From the NCBI RefSeq assembly GCF_038025025.1, contig NW_027117350.1:1178001-1242000 (forward strand): DNA of 64,000 bases, given 5' to 3'. The position numbers were made by a program, and so were the translations under genes. The stretch comes from Phyllosticta citribraziliensis (Eukaryota). Position 1 is the stretch's first letter, and each line of letters starts with the position of its first letter. A model generated the notes under the pieces. The model was given only the letters and a program-made list of their open reading frames with translations, was not told the origin of the DNA and searched no databases. Below, in pieces: positions 22,821-35,106 of the stretch.

Positions 22821-24872
22821 ATGTCAATAGGGTATGCACTGGGGGCTCCGCCCTTGGATGAGCGCCTTGCCATGCCTGGCCTCTTCATTCCGTCTTTTTA
22901 CATCGTTTTGATATTCTCCATCCTGATTCGTCCCGCGATTTTGCGCAAATTCGTCATCACGGCTGTGATTTTGTCCTACCTGGTCGCATATTTTCACTAC
23001 ACTGCTGGGATCGACGCAGACTATCAGAATACGACCATGCTGCTTTCATCGGCCATAATGTGGGTCGAATTCGGAGTCTTTCAAGATCTTGAACAGGGAC
23101 AGATATTCCGGACATGGGAGACAGAGGAAACGCAAGTTTCAGACCGACCGTGGTGGAAGAAATTGGCGTGGAGCTACGATCTGTGGACGTCGTGGCGCGG
23201 TCCGGGGTGGAACTGGCAGTCCAGCCGCTCGCCCAAGCTACCCACACATGTGACGGATCGCCGGTGCGTGTTGTCGGGACTCGCAAAGATGATTCGGGTT
23301 CGCTCTGGCTGATGGCGGGAACAGAAGTTTTCTGGTGGACAACTTCAAGCGCGGAATTTACTGCTGGATCATGAGCGATGCTCTACTCTTTTTGCTCGAA
23401 TCGACTCCGTACACTCGCCTTGAAGAGCGCCAACATATCCAAGCCGCGCCGATCCACGTGCAAGCAGCCGTTGTGTGGCTTGCTGCGCTCCACACACAGT
23501 ACAGCATGAGCTTCATGTACCGCATCGTCGCCTCCGTCCTCGTCGCTATCGGGGTTTGTTCGCCAGTCCAGTGTCCGCCGTTATTTGGACCCTTCCGTCG
23601 CATGTACACCGTCGGTAATTTGTGGGGTATCTGCTGGCAGCAAATGATGAGAAGAGTAGGTTTCCAATCGTTTGGTAAGACTCTGCGGTAAACTTGACTG
23701 ACGAGGCTTCGGTGGCTTCTAGTCAATCTTGCTGGTGCCAAACATGGTCGTTTCGGGGTTGTGCATCAGCGGAATCGCAGCAAAATACACTCGTGTGCTG
23801 CTCTCCTTCGCAGCTTCCGGATCCATGCATGCGGCCGGTGCATACAGCGCGACAAGAGGTTCTCTTGGAGATATGCGTTTCTTCATGTCTCAAACGCTTG
23901 CGATCATTGCGGAAGACTGCGTCATGTCGCTCGGAAAGCTAGCGGGCATTCGAAAGTCAGGCAAGTGTCAATCTGGCCCCTCGGCAACACGACGTACTGA
24001 CTTCAATTGTTGCAGCATGGACCGTTTCCCCATGGATCAATTACGTCCCACAGATTCGCACCTTCGAAAAATCCTACAACGGCCGCGCCGGGTCCCTTTA
24101 TCCGGCGTGGGAAGTCTTCAACGCCTCGGGCGCCTCGGCTTCATGGGCCAACCCAGTGCTCCCCACCAACGAAGAATCCATCGTCTGTCGCCGCCGCATC
24201 CGACGCGGGCATCGGCTGCTCATCGCTCTCTGGCACCCCGACCGGGCTTCGCCGGCTACCAATGGATCCGTCGGCGGTCTCCGCACGCTGCTTGACCTGT
24301 CCAACCAGCAGCTGCGTGTTGTCAGCCAAATCATCCAGCAAGCCTACAATGACGCCGTTTTTGGCTGTATGACGGCCGCCCAAAAGAGCACCTGGCTCAA
24401 CCACCTGACCGCCAGGTTACCAGCCGAGTGGGACACGCTCGACGCGTTTGACGTCACCAGCGAAGATATCGTCGATCGCGCCGACCCGACGGACATGGGC
24501 CTTGACCTCACGACACGCGAGTATGTCCACGTCACGCAGTGCATGGAGCGCGAGGGGGTTCCGTGGGAAGTGGCGCTACACAAGCTGCGGCAACAACGCC
24601 GTACTCTGTGGTTCCGGTGTAAGATGGTGGTTGAGCAGGTGGTCAGCGTGCTATCAGGACGAGCAGGAAGACACCAAGATGAGTTTCGTCATCCAGGGGG
24701 ACCGGCTCTCGAGCGCACGCTGCGCAGGCAGAGGGCGCTTGAGAGCCTGATGGAGCGGACTGGCGCTCTCAACGGCTGCTTAGACACTGGAGAAAAACAG
24801 ACGCGGCCATGGTGGGAGAGGAAGGATTTTGACCCTTCCATGTGCGGAACTAAACCGTTTCACGCTGCGTAG
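22821..24872 (+). CDS. MBOAT/wax-synthase-family O-acetyltransferase (SirH/AtaH-like), apparently spliced in frame to a J-domain-like C-terminal exon
   Basis: 'WRGPGWNWQ', 'PPLFG..YTVGNLWGICWQQMMR', 'FAASGSMH', 'FFMSQTLAIIAED'. Introns 23264-23324 and 23656-23722, plus a GC-AG intron 23961-24015 that keeps frame into the ORF ending at 24872. Confidence 0.72.
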
Positions 24873-25337
24873 GGACCAGCAGCAGCAGCGAGGCACTACT
24901 CTCTGGATTTCAGACACTACATGGTGTGTTGTTGTCATATCATGTTCTATTATCATGCTGAGAAGTAGCAATGTTGATTCAATCCCTCCTTGTTGGCCGA
25001 CTCGTTCCTGTTCCGGCGCACGCAGCAATAGTGAGACTGTCCGTCCGTCCGTCCGTCCATGTCAGACCTCTGAGACACACACAGTGTACGCACGCAGATA
25101 CTGTGTGGCCGGGCAATGATAATGTGCCCATATAAATTGCTGCCCCTCACGCCTCTCGGTAGTCCGTCTCGTCGTCTGTCATCGACCCATCCAATCAATC
25201 CACCGCCAGTGTGGTCATTTACCATCATCATCCTCATCCATCCATCCATCTACGGACACACTGCGGCCACCATTTTGTCCATCCATCCCTCCATCCATAT
25301 TCACACTCCCCGGCAGAACGAGCGGCAATACATACAA

Positions 25338-25460
25338 ATGGGAGGGATGACGACGATAAAGACGACATCAAAAAGAAGACCTTGCCAGGCGCTTATTGCC
25401 GACGGCAGCCGGCTGTGCGCCTACGCGGCGCGGCCAGATAGTGACACATGCACTGTGCAC
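25338..25460 (+). CDS. First exon of a small putative C3H zinc-finger protein (C-x10-C-x10-C-x2-H)
   Basis: MGGMTT..CQALIADGSRLCAYAARPDSDTCTVH, followed by a gtgagt donor and a ctgac..cag acceptor. Confidence 0.35.
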
Positions 25461-25819
25461 ATCTTCGCTTCGGGACGTGTGAGTTATGAGTACATGTACC
25501 TGCCTGCAGTGAACTGACCGACCGGCGGACAGGAGAAGAAGGAGAGGAAGACGGCGACGGCTGCGAAGAGCCAGAAGAGCAGCAACCAAGGAGATGGTCG
25601 TGGCAAATTCTTCGAGCTTGCCCCGGCCGTCACGCGCATGGCTCGGCGGCAGCCGATGAGGAGCGAGCCCGACGACGACAACAACAACGACGACGAACGA
25701 GGACTACGCCGCCGATGCCTTGGCGGAGGCCCTGCGGCAGGTGGCCGGCGCGCAGACCCAAGGCATGACAAGGGTATTGAAGGCTTTGGAGAAGATGGGG
25801 CTGTGAGGCCAGGTCATTC

Positions 25820-26940
25820 TCAAATATCACAGAGTAGTCCTAGGAGTGATGTTGGGTATGAATGTACATTTGCGGCGTCCATCCATCCTTCTCCCTCGTC
25901 TCCCTTGGTCGTCAACCCCAAAAATCCCAACGGGCGCCCCCCCAATTTGTATGTCCTCCCGCAAGTGTCGTCCTCCGTCGTCCACCACCACCACCGCACC
26001 AGCAGCAGGCCGACCGCTAGTATCAGCGCCAGCGCCAGCGCCAGTTCCAGCAGCGGGGCCCTTGTGGTTTCCGTGGTTCGTGCGTCCACTGCCGGTGCTT
26101 CTCCTCCCTCCAAGTCCTCTGTTTGTGCGACCGCCGCCGGTGCGTCTCCTTCCTCCAAGCCCTCTGTTTCTACCACCACCATTCTTTCCGCTACGCCCTC
26201 ATCATCCTCCTCCTCATTTTCCTCCTCCTCATCTGACAAGTCGCGTGGCGGCGAGAAGTCGTGCCGCTTGGGGTACCATTCCACAGACTGCTACTTGACC
26301 TTGGGAGTCACCATGTTGGCCGACACGCGGCGACGGCGAGTGCCACTGTTAGTCTCTTAGTCTTTGAACAAGCAGCAACTACCTTCTCGCTCAACACCTC
26401 TCTATCCATGCCTAGGTTTCTGTCGCCTGCCTTTCCTTATTATCAGCCAAGTCGACATGCGGAATCTGAGCTTTTATTTTACTGTAATCTAGACTGCTAT
26501 AGCAGCTGCCGCGTCAGACTATACGTGAGGACTTGGCAGCCAGTGAGCATGCCGGCCACGAAGATGGTCGCGTTCAAGAGGCAGCCGCTGAGGAAGCGCA
26601 CTTGCACCCCGAGTGTTGACGACGGCGGGGGCTGCAGTGGTGATTGCGGTGGTGATTGCGGTGGTGATTGCGATGGTGATTGCGGTGGCGATTGCGGTGG
26701 TGATTGCGATGGTGATTGCGGTGGTTGCGGCGCGGTGGAGGGACCATCGTGAGGACGGCGGTGTGAGCAGGGCTGTAGGTTGTCCTCGCGATGTGGACGC
26801 GGCCGGAGGTTATATCGTGTCGAGTTCATCGCGAGTGAGAGCTGCGCTGTCGTGCTCAGAGGCCACGATGCACGGCGTGGTGGTAGTAGGGGGGAAGAGG
26901 GTGAAGATGGTGGGAAGGGGTCGCTCGAAGAATCGGCCAT
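25820..26940 (-). pseudogene. Disrupted gene for a Pro/Ser-rich and acidic membrane protein with two hydrophobic segments
   Basis: Two same-strand ORFs (MADSSSDPF.. and ..EWYPKRH..LALALILAVGLLLVRWWWW) separated by TAG/TAA stops that sit in CAG/CAA-like context. Confidence 0.4.
26637..26725. repeat. 12-bp tandem repeat (ggtgattgcgrt), about 7 copies
   Basis: Directly visible; reads as PQSP/SQSP repeats on the minus strand. Confidence 0.9.
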
Positions 26941-27849
26941 GGTTAAAGGAAGCCAAGGAGAGACTGCTGACAAGGAAACAAAGATGAAAGGGGCGAACAA
27001 GGAGAGGCTGCGACGACGACTGCAGGTTTGTTTTCGGTGCGGACAAAGAGTTATTCGCTGCCGACGGCCACGCGGACAAACTACTGAGAGGCCAAGTTTG
27101 TGACGAATCCGGCATCCGAATTTAAAGAAGGCGATGAAAAGAGAATAACTAAATAAGGGATGCTCCAGGCTTAGTTAAGCTAAAAGGTGCCGTCACCCAC
27201 GCTCGTCTCAGCATGAACAACTTCAAAGGTAAGGTATAACTCATCAGTAAATCCTAATAGACACTTGACGTGCTTCAGCTTATGGCCATGTTCGGCCTTG
27301 TCGCCCAACCTTGCCGACTTTGCCCTAGACGGACGTGCGTGCCGTGGGACACAGCCCTCGCCTCAAATGCAGAACAAAAAAGATCAACGCCCACTGACGT
27401 GGTATTCAGCAGCTTACCTCCTTGTGTAGAGGCAAGTGAGGTTGAGGAGCGGGAGTGAGGCAGGGGAATGAATCAACGGGCGGCGACGTTGACTCGGTGG
27501 AAAGGCTGAGTGAGCCAAATTGCAAACTTGTCGTGCTAACCATCTTCTTCAATTGCTTTGTTCCCCCAGACACAATTCAATGGCAGAAGGTGCTGACGGT
27601 GTAAGGCTGGTCGGCAACTAGCAGTAATATAGGTAGTCTCAAAGGCAAAGAGACTCTGCGGTGATAGGTGGAAAGAGGCTGAGAAGTAGAAGGCGAAAGG
27701 GCGAGAGGCGGCAGAGGGGATGGATGCATGCATGTGAGTTCAAACGTCGCGACGGAAGACTGTCCCCGCAGTACCAAAGGGGGTGCCCAAGCTGGATTGG
27801 CCTCATGGAAATTCGCGCGTGTGGTGCAGGCGGGGAGTTGTAGGTAGGG

Positions 27850-28110
27850 ATCGGCTCTTTACGAAATATATTAATTAAGACGGATATTGTAAAGGCACTT
27901 TAAATACCTGAAATTCTAGTTTTTGAAATGGCGCGTGCACGCTAACCTAGCTAAGTTAAGTATATACCTAATAGGGTAGGCGGTATCTCAGATACTGGCA
28001 GAATTAGCCTATAAAACCTCTCTACACTACTATTAAATAACTATAGCTTGCACCCCATACCTAATTAAGCTAAGCGCAAAACCCCCTTACGTATCACTTA
28101 ATTTGAGACG
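27850..28110. other. AT-rich, TpA-rich patch consistent with RIP-mutated relic DNA
   Basis: ttaattaa, ctagctaagttaag, tatataccta runs within a GC-rich background. Confidence 0.55.
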
Positions 28111-29777
28111 ATACTAATACATGAATTACCCCAATACGTAATGTCGAAAGATCGGCGCAGCCGACCCCTAGTTGTAGGCTGAAGGCGGGAGGCCATAGTG
28201 GGGTAGGTAGCGGGCGTTTCATGCCCGCCCGTCAGGCCGTAGTGGTAGCGAGGTGGGCCGCCGGCGGTCGGAGAGCGTTTCATGCCCGCCCGGCCCCCCC
28301 ACCTACCTGCAAACGCACAGAAAATCCTTTTGTCTTTGCTTTCCCATGCCTGCCTTCACTACCCACCTCCACAATGTCTCTCTTGAATCCGGCTGGCCTG
28401 GAGATGTGCCAAAGCCAAAAGGTTGTTTTGTCGCGCAGACAACGACGCGTGTTTCGCTGCTGAACGCTCCTGTCATGGACTTGGTTGGGTGCTTAAGGGT
28501 CTGAGACGTGTCTGTGAACAAGCCGGCGCGTTCCGAACAATGATCAAACTACCTGAAAGCGTTAGCTGGTGGAGTAGTGTTGAGCCAGGTTCCTTTAGGC
28601 GGGCAATCAGCCCATCTTCTTCGCCGCCGCTCCGCTTCAAGCGAGGGGGCCGGGCGGACAGTGATGCAACATGGTCGCGAGGCACACAGCTGACGGTGGG
28701 ACTGAACCACGGATGCGATGCAACCACCACCTTCCCCTCCGTCGGCACGGCGTTGCCGCAGGCAAGCGCACGCTGAAGCGGACGACAAGCAACGCTGCAG
28801 CGCGATTCGCAGTGTGAGGCGACGCCTCGTCTTCCAGAAAGGAGGAACAACCCGATGGCAAGGTTCGCGGCGGTGGTGACTGGGAGAAGCCTCTGGGATT
28901 GCCGGTCGAGAACTTGAAGGAGGTGCAGGAGCGGCGAGTCGGGGCGCATGGATCAAAGACAAAGATGACCAAGGCACAGCGCGTTGCGGCGATTTGATGG
29001 GACTCTTGCCTGGACCAGATTGATTCGGCCCGACAGAAACCATGCTCTTTGTTCCCCACCAACCAAAGCTGACAACCTCACCAATTCACCTCCCATGGTC
29101 CCCCGGAATCCTCACTCCTCGCCCTCCCAGAATCCCACATACCTCTCACTCACCACCAATTGCACCTCGCCGAGGCTGAGAGCCGATATCGAGAGAGATG
29201 AATGGGGTGGGGGGTGGTGGGTCTGTGTAGCAGCAACTCCTCAGCATTGCGTCCTCCGAAAAAAGGCGATAGATGGGCGGGGAGCTGGGCGTCTGCGTAG
29301 CAGCTGGCCTCGGCGGTGTGGACACGGAGAGGGATGAACGGAGGACTGGGCGCATCTGTGTAGCTTGCCCACCTCGGCGTTGTTTACGAGTGGTGATTTT
29401 GGTCACCAGCGAGAGTATAGCCATGGTGTATCGCTCCAGAAGGTGCAGCTGCCTGCGGCGCCATTGGAAGTCGTAACGAACGGTGAGACGATGGAGGAGG
29501 AGGAGGAGGAGGAGGAGGACGGACGGCACAGCGATGGCGACTGGAGAGCTTAGAGACGTTGGTTGAGAAGGAATGGAACGAGTAGACCCGCGTTCTCTAT
29601 ACACGACACTGGTCAGATGGGCACCATGGGTATGCGCGCGGTCTTTGACTTGCCTTGACATGCATCCCCTTGTTTAGGCTCACGAGGTGGATGTAAAGGG
29701 CGGTAGAGCGTGGTCTAGTGCGTCCGGCTTGTACATCCATGGTGGCGGCCTTTGCGAGGATGCAGCGCGCCTTTTGC

Positions 29778-29923
29778 GAATGGCCTTCTCGCTGGCGGGA
29801 ATCATACTCGCTGGCGGGAAAGGCAACTTGCTGGCGGGAATCATACTCGCTGGCGACAATGGGCATTCTCGCTGGCGGGAACCATACTCGCTGGCGGGAA
29901 TGGCTTTCTCGCTAGCGGGAATG
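29778..29923. repeat. Palindromic minisatellite array 1 (7 x ctcgctggcgggaa)
   Basis: Core repeats every 19-22 bp. Confidence 0.9.
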
Positions 29924-32320
29924 GGCGAAGGTGGTCGCGAGGGCAGGCGCAGTCGACGGGAGGGCGGTCGGAATGGTCCATGGCGAGCGGCCAGGGTGCA
30001 GTACTTGGACGGGTCCGGGTGGACGAAGCCTTTGTGTAAAATGGCGCCCTGTCACCCATCGTGGCGTTCGGTTGCTACATAGCGTTGTGCTTTTGTCATG
30101 GCCGGTGCTTGAAGTGGCACAGCATGGTGGTGGACGGGAGGGGACAGCCACCTCAGCCACCTCAGCCACCTCAGCCACACCTGACTCGTACTGCACTGCA
30201 CTCTCACAGTGGGTGACGAAAGAAATTACGAATCCGGAGTTTTCCCAGAAAGCTCTATGAAGCTGCCCTTTAGATAAATAATTTTCTTTCTATACTCATC
30301 TTATTCCTGAGATCTTTCTGATAAAGATAGGCCCTTTTTTTGGCCTAACTTTGGCTATTGTGGTGGTAAAACTGAGCGAAAAGGGTATCAGAGCTGTCGA
30401 AGTTCTTTCGTCACCCACTGTGCTCTCGACTGCGACGCGACAGCGACGTGACCGCGACCGACACCGCGACTTCAACCCTTCGACCTACAACCAATCCATC
30501 TCTGAGCCGTCCATGTTTGCACGCCAATTCTTGTCCTTTTCTTCCACCGTCGCCTTTTTCAACCCTTCGCTGCCTCCTCGATTCGCGACAAATTTGCCGT
30601 CGTTCTCGGTCGCAGACTCGCTGCCCCCACCTCCGATTGCGCTCCGCGGCGAACGCGAGCACCAACTTCCTGGACAATGCCTCTTGAGGCCTCCGATTGA
30701 ATATCGGAGTGAGTAGCAGCAGCGTGAGTGAGCGCAGATCAGTGCGAGCATGCTGGCCCATATTCAGTAGCCTAGTAGTGGTGAATACGACGCGCCGAGG
30801 CAACGCCACTGGCACCTACATGTATGTATCTCTTTTCATCTCGGGAACCAAGACTCATCTTTCAAGGCCAAGATTCCCAATCTCGAGGTCGACACTCGGC
30901 AGCCATCTCTTCATCACCGCTCGCCTCCCTGCCTTCTCGTGGCTTCCTCTTTCGCGGACGACACAACATTTTGGAGGCTTCGAGCGACGGGAAGGTCTTG
31001 ATCTGGGCCCAGCGCGTCCCATCGCTCGCCTTGCTCCGCCAGTCCGCCATTCAACACAATGTCGCCCTCCTTGGCTCCTATTCAGTCGCAAGCAGAAGCG
31101 GCGCGTGCAAATTGTGGGACAGTTGCCGGGGCACGTACGCTGTGTGAACGGGGCGGTGGGCAAGCAGTTGACGGGGTGGGTTTTGCTGGCCCGCTCGCTC
31201 CACCCGCCGAGAGATTCGTGGTCAGAAACCAAGCTGCCTTAGGACACGACCAATGTCCTGGAGGGTCGCCAAGTAGCTGCATATACGTACATTGTCGGCT
31301 GGCTGACCCAGGTGGCGCGCCCAGTAAGAGGACTGATTGACTCCCGTCTGCGCCGCATCATTAACTGGATTGACAACGTCCAACGCAACTCCAGCCTGCC
31401 CTTTTCAACCAAGCGCCGTCCCTCCTCATCGTCGTCATTGTCGTCGCCCACCCTCCCTCGCAAGCGCTGCCACTGCCCCATGTGAGTGCCACCGCCCAGT
31501 ACGCCAACAAAGCGCCCAACAACAAGCACCTTCGAATCCGACAAGGACACGCCGCGCCCGTCGCGACCGGCCCACTCGTCCAAGAGGTCGCGCACCAACT
31601 CGTCTTCGCGCTCCTCAACTTTGGCCCGCAGTCCCGTCAAGACTCCCGCCGATCTTGCCATCTAGGCCACCATCACGCCCGTCAGCCTAGATTGAATCAT
31701 GTTAAATCTGGCTCAAGTCCTCAGTCGTACACTGGATGGGGTACTTTGTGCTTTGCTGACCGAGAATCCCAGATGGCGCGATACCGCAAGCTTCTCCTAG
31801 GAAAGGAGCTCCAGAAATCTTTACCGGGGCCGACCCATAGTCCGTTAGAGCAACAAATAGACAAGCGCGTTTGCGTCGGTGTTTGCCTTAATGTGGAGAT
31901 GCGTCGAAACAGCCAGCTCAGACTGCTTGAATTAGTGGTGTGAGTGGGCAACGCTGACAGAGAGAGAGAGCTCTAGTTGGTTCTTTTTGAATGGTGCTTG
32001 ACCACTCCGAATTCACGTCGAAATAGTGTCAGGGAGCGATGTAAGCCTTCGATTGCTTCGACGGGAATGGCGGTATCCGTTTGTATCTAGACGCTGCTGG
32101 ACTCCGGAAGACGCGCGAGTTTTCCAAGACGCTCTGGTGTGTTGAGCTCAAACAAGAGAGAGGAATAGAAGCGAATCCCGATTGGTGAATGGGACAGCAA
32201 ACCATTACTCTTTGCGCTGCGACCAAGCATTCATATATCAAGATCCCACGGTAGACCATTCTCACTCGCTACATTCCATGAAACCACCTCTTCAATTCTA
32301 GTCTGCTACCCTGAGCCCAA

Positions 32321-32927
32321 ATGCCTTTGAACACCAGTAAGTGCATCGCATCATTACCAGCGAACAGATAATGAACGCGTGCTAGATCAACACCAAGTCC
32401 ATACTGCACGGCAAGAGCAGCTGCAAGACTCGGCTCGACGCGGGCTTTCGTCGTACGCCAAAGCAGATCCAGAACTTCCATGGATACTGGCCTTCTACGC
32501 GTCAATCATCATCAGCTTTCTCCAGCTAGCATGCTTCGTCGCCACGGCCTTCTGCCTCTGCAGGGCCGTTAGAGACGACATCAAGCTGGCAGAATTCCAA
32601 GTCGCAATCGACGCGCTGGCCAAGAAGATCAAGTGCTCCGCGGACTACTTTGAATACGGCTGCGACGGACCGCGCATGCCTGCGATGGAGAACGGGTGCA
32701 TGATTTGGGAGCTGTGCATGAAGAAGGATGTAAAGATGCCACAACTCAGCAGCGCGCGCGCGATGGCCATCGTGATCAGCTCTTTTGCCGGGTCCATCTC
32801 GTTCAAGACCTTGGCCATGTGGGTAGTCGCCGGCGGCCTTAATCTTGTCCTTCTACGTTATCTCGACAGCCCTCCTTTCACGGCTCCCCGTCGACAAATG
32901 GCTGGCAGCCGCTGTTGGAAGTGCTGA
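32321..32927 (+). CDS. Brr6/Brl1-domain nuclear envelope protein (short, divergent), 2 exons
   Basis: ATG at 32321; intron 32337-32385 restores frame. TM helix, 'VRDDI', four-Cys loop C-SADYFEYG-C..MPAMENG-C-MIWEL-CM, then 'ARAMAIVISSFAGSISFKT' and a second TM helix. Confidence 0.8.
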
Positions 32928-33325
32928 ATCGAGATCCTAGAGGTCACCGCCGCTCTTCTCTTCCTTCCGCTTGCCGATTCGAAAATAATCTCGAAAGTCA
33001 ATTGCAACGCCGCAACAATGTCCACCACTGCTGCAACACTGCTGGTTCCATGGTCGAGGAGGTGGACAAGACGATGCTCTCATAGGGCGACACTCAATAT
33101 GATGCCTAAGGTCGTGGAGCTATCTATCCGAGCTGATTTTGTGCTTTCGTGGATTCGTCTTGAGAATGTCGCCACGGAAATGGACACGTGGGCCTCGATG
33201 AAGACAGATGAAGTCAAAAAAGATGGTTGATTCAAGGGGCGAAGGGAAAAGGTTCTGTATGCAAAGTCAATCTTCTTTACACTTGTTTCCAATGAATGCA
33301 ATTTCCTCACGATCGTTGGGAAGGA

Positions 33326-33455
33326 TGAGGTCCTACTGCTCTGCTCACCTTGAGGTCCTACTACTCTGCTCACCTTGAGGTCCTACTACTCTGCTCACCT
33401 TGAGGTCCTGCGCTCGCGCGCCTTGAGGTCCTGCGCTCGCGCGCCTTGAGGTCCC
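33326..33455. repeat. 23-24-bp tandem repeat ending ccttgaggtc (about 5 units, two sub-types)
   Basis: ctactctgctcaccttgaggtc x3, then ctgcgctcgcgcgccttgaggtc x2. Confidence 0.85.
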
Positions 33456-34882
33456 GCAAGCGAGCCCAGTGGGCGACGAGGGAAATATATAGAGGTCATT
33501 GTGCGCAAGTGGTGGGTGCCGCCTTCTCCTCTGGGAAGTCCCCCCGCAGCTGAGCAGGATGACGGGAAGCAGCACCCACCGGACCTGCCTGCCTGAACCC
33601 ACGTGGCAAACGATGAGAGTGCAAGAGGTGACCTTGAGCACCGCAGCGCGTATATTGGGTCAAAATGCAGGGCCCGCGCTGCGGCTCTTTGCGCAGCACC
33701 TCCGGATGCTCAAACAGTGTCCGGGCGGGGGTTGTGGCTTTGCATGATGACAGTGTGCCTCGTGAGATCAAATCTGGCAAGCTCATGTAGACCGAAAATA
33801 GGGTGGATGGGAGTGGAGTGGTGCAGCATCAGTTACCGGGCGAGAGGGTAGTGAGTTGTGAATGGGCCGGTGGGGGCGGCGCTGTCAATGGGCGCTGGTA
33901 AAGTGGCAACAAAACACCAGCACATTTCTACCCTGTGGCCGAGTCAGCCGCACTGCCTGCAGCTAACCACCTGTTTGTTGCACGTTCCGCGACTTGAGCG
34001 AGCGATGGGTGCTTCCACTCTCTATGCGACATGAAAAACAGGGATGCAACGCCGCTCCAAAGTTTGGCCACCATGGAGACGTCGATTGTCTCTCCAATTG
34101 CAGAATTATCTCAGCCTTCTCCTTTTGCAGAGGCTTGCCAACCCCGCTGGAAATGCAAAGAAAGCAGACCGTTGCAGCGTTGTATCAAAAAAGCAATGAG
34201 CATCAAGTTTTTGAAATATGGTGGCGCCAACTTCGCCGAGGTTCTGCTTGTAGCTTTCCTGGGCCGAGACGTAGTGCTCACCCCATGTGCTGATGAGAAA
34301 TTTGAGCGCTGGAAATTTCACCCTTTCCCGACGGGAACCGAAACCGATGCCAGATCGCGTGCGTCGTCGAGGGAGTGGTCTGCTGCGTGGAGGGGCGCCT
34401 TGGATGTAGGAGTCGACCGCTGGGATGTTGACCGCACGTTCCTCGGTGGAACAGGTGGCAGGCCCCATGGGTTCTCGCGGGCGTGGTCTGTGGTGCGCGG
34501 AGTGGACGGGACGAACCTGTGCTGGTTTCGGTGATGGGTAAGGCGACGCGGAGTTGCAGGCGCGTAATCATCGTGATCGTCTCAGGCAAGAGAGCCGTGC
34601 CCGATCGAAAGGCTTGAGTCTGGTGTTGGGCGGCGGTGTGTAGATGGTGACAGTGAAGGTGAGAGGAAAACCACTGCATGCGCGTATCAGCAAAAACAAC
34701 GCGACGGCGACGGTGAGAGGGCAGGGTAGCAGAAGCGTGGGAGGAATACGTCCCATAGACGTAGGGCATTCCCTGAGCAATCGTCGGAGACGGCGAGCGA
34801 ACGGTGTGATAGATGGCGAGAGCGGCGAGCAACGAGCGGCGAGGAGACAGTTTGCCGAGATGAGGAGGGTGTAGTAGGAGTA

Positions 34883-34934
34883 GGAGGAGGAGGAGGAGGA
34901 GGAGGAGGAGGAGGAGGAGGAGGAGGAGGAGGAG
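34883..34934. repeat. (GAG)n microsatellite
   Basis: Perfect trinucleotide run just upstream of array 2. Confidence 0.95.
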
Positions 34935-34969
34935 AACCTGAGCCGCTGGGCAGTCACGTGGACTATCCA

Positions 34970-35106
34970 ATTGCCGCCGGCGGGAATCATACTCGCTGGC
35001 GGGAATGGGCATACTCGCTGGCGAGAATGGATGAATGCCGCCGGCGGGAATCAAACTCGCTGGCGGGAATGGATGTCGCTAGCGGGAATGGCTTTCTCGC
35101 CAGCGG
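34970..35106. repeat. Palindromic minisatellite array 2 (about 7 cores)
   Basis: Same core and orientation as array 1; preceded by gtcacgtg at about 34954. Confidence 0.9.
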
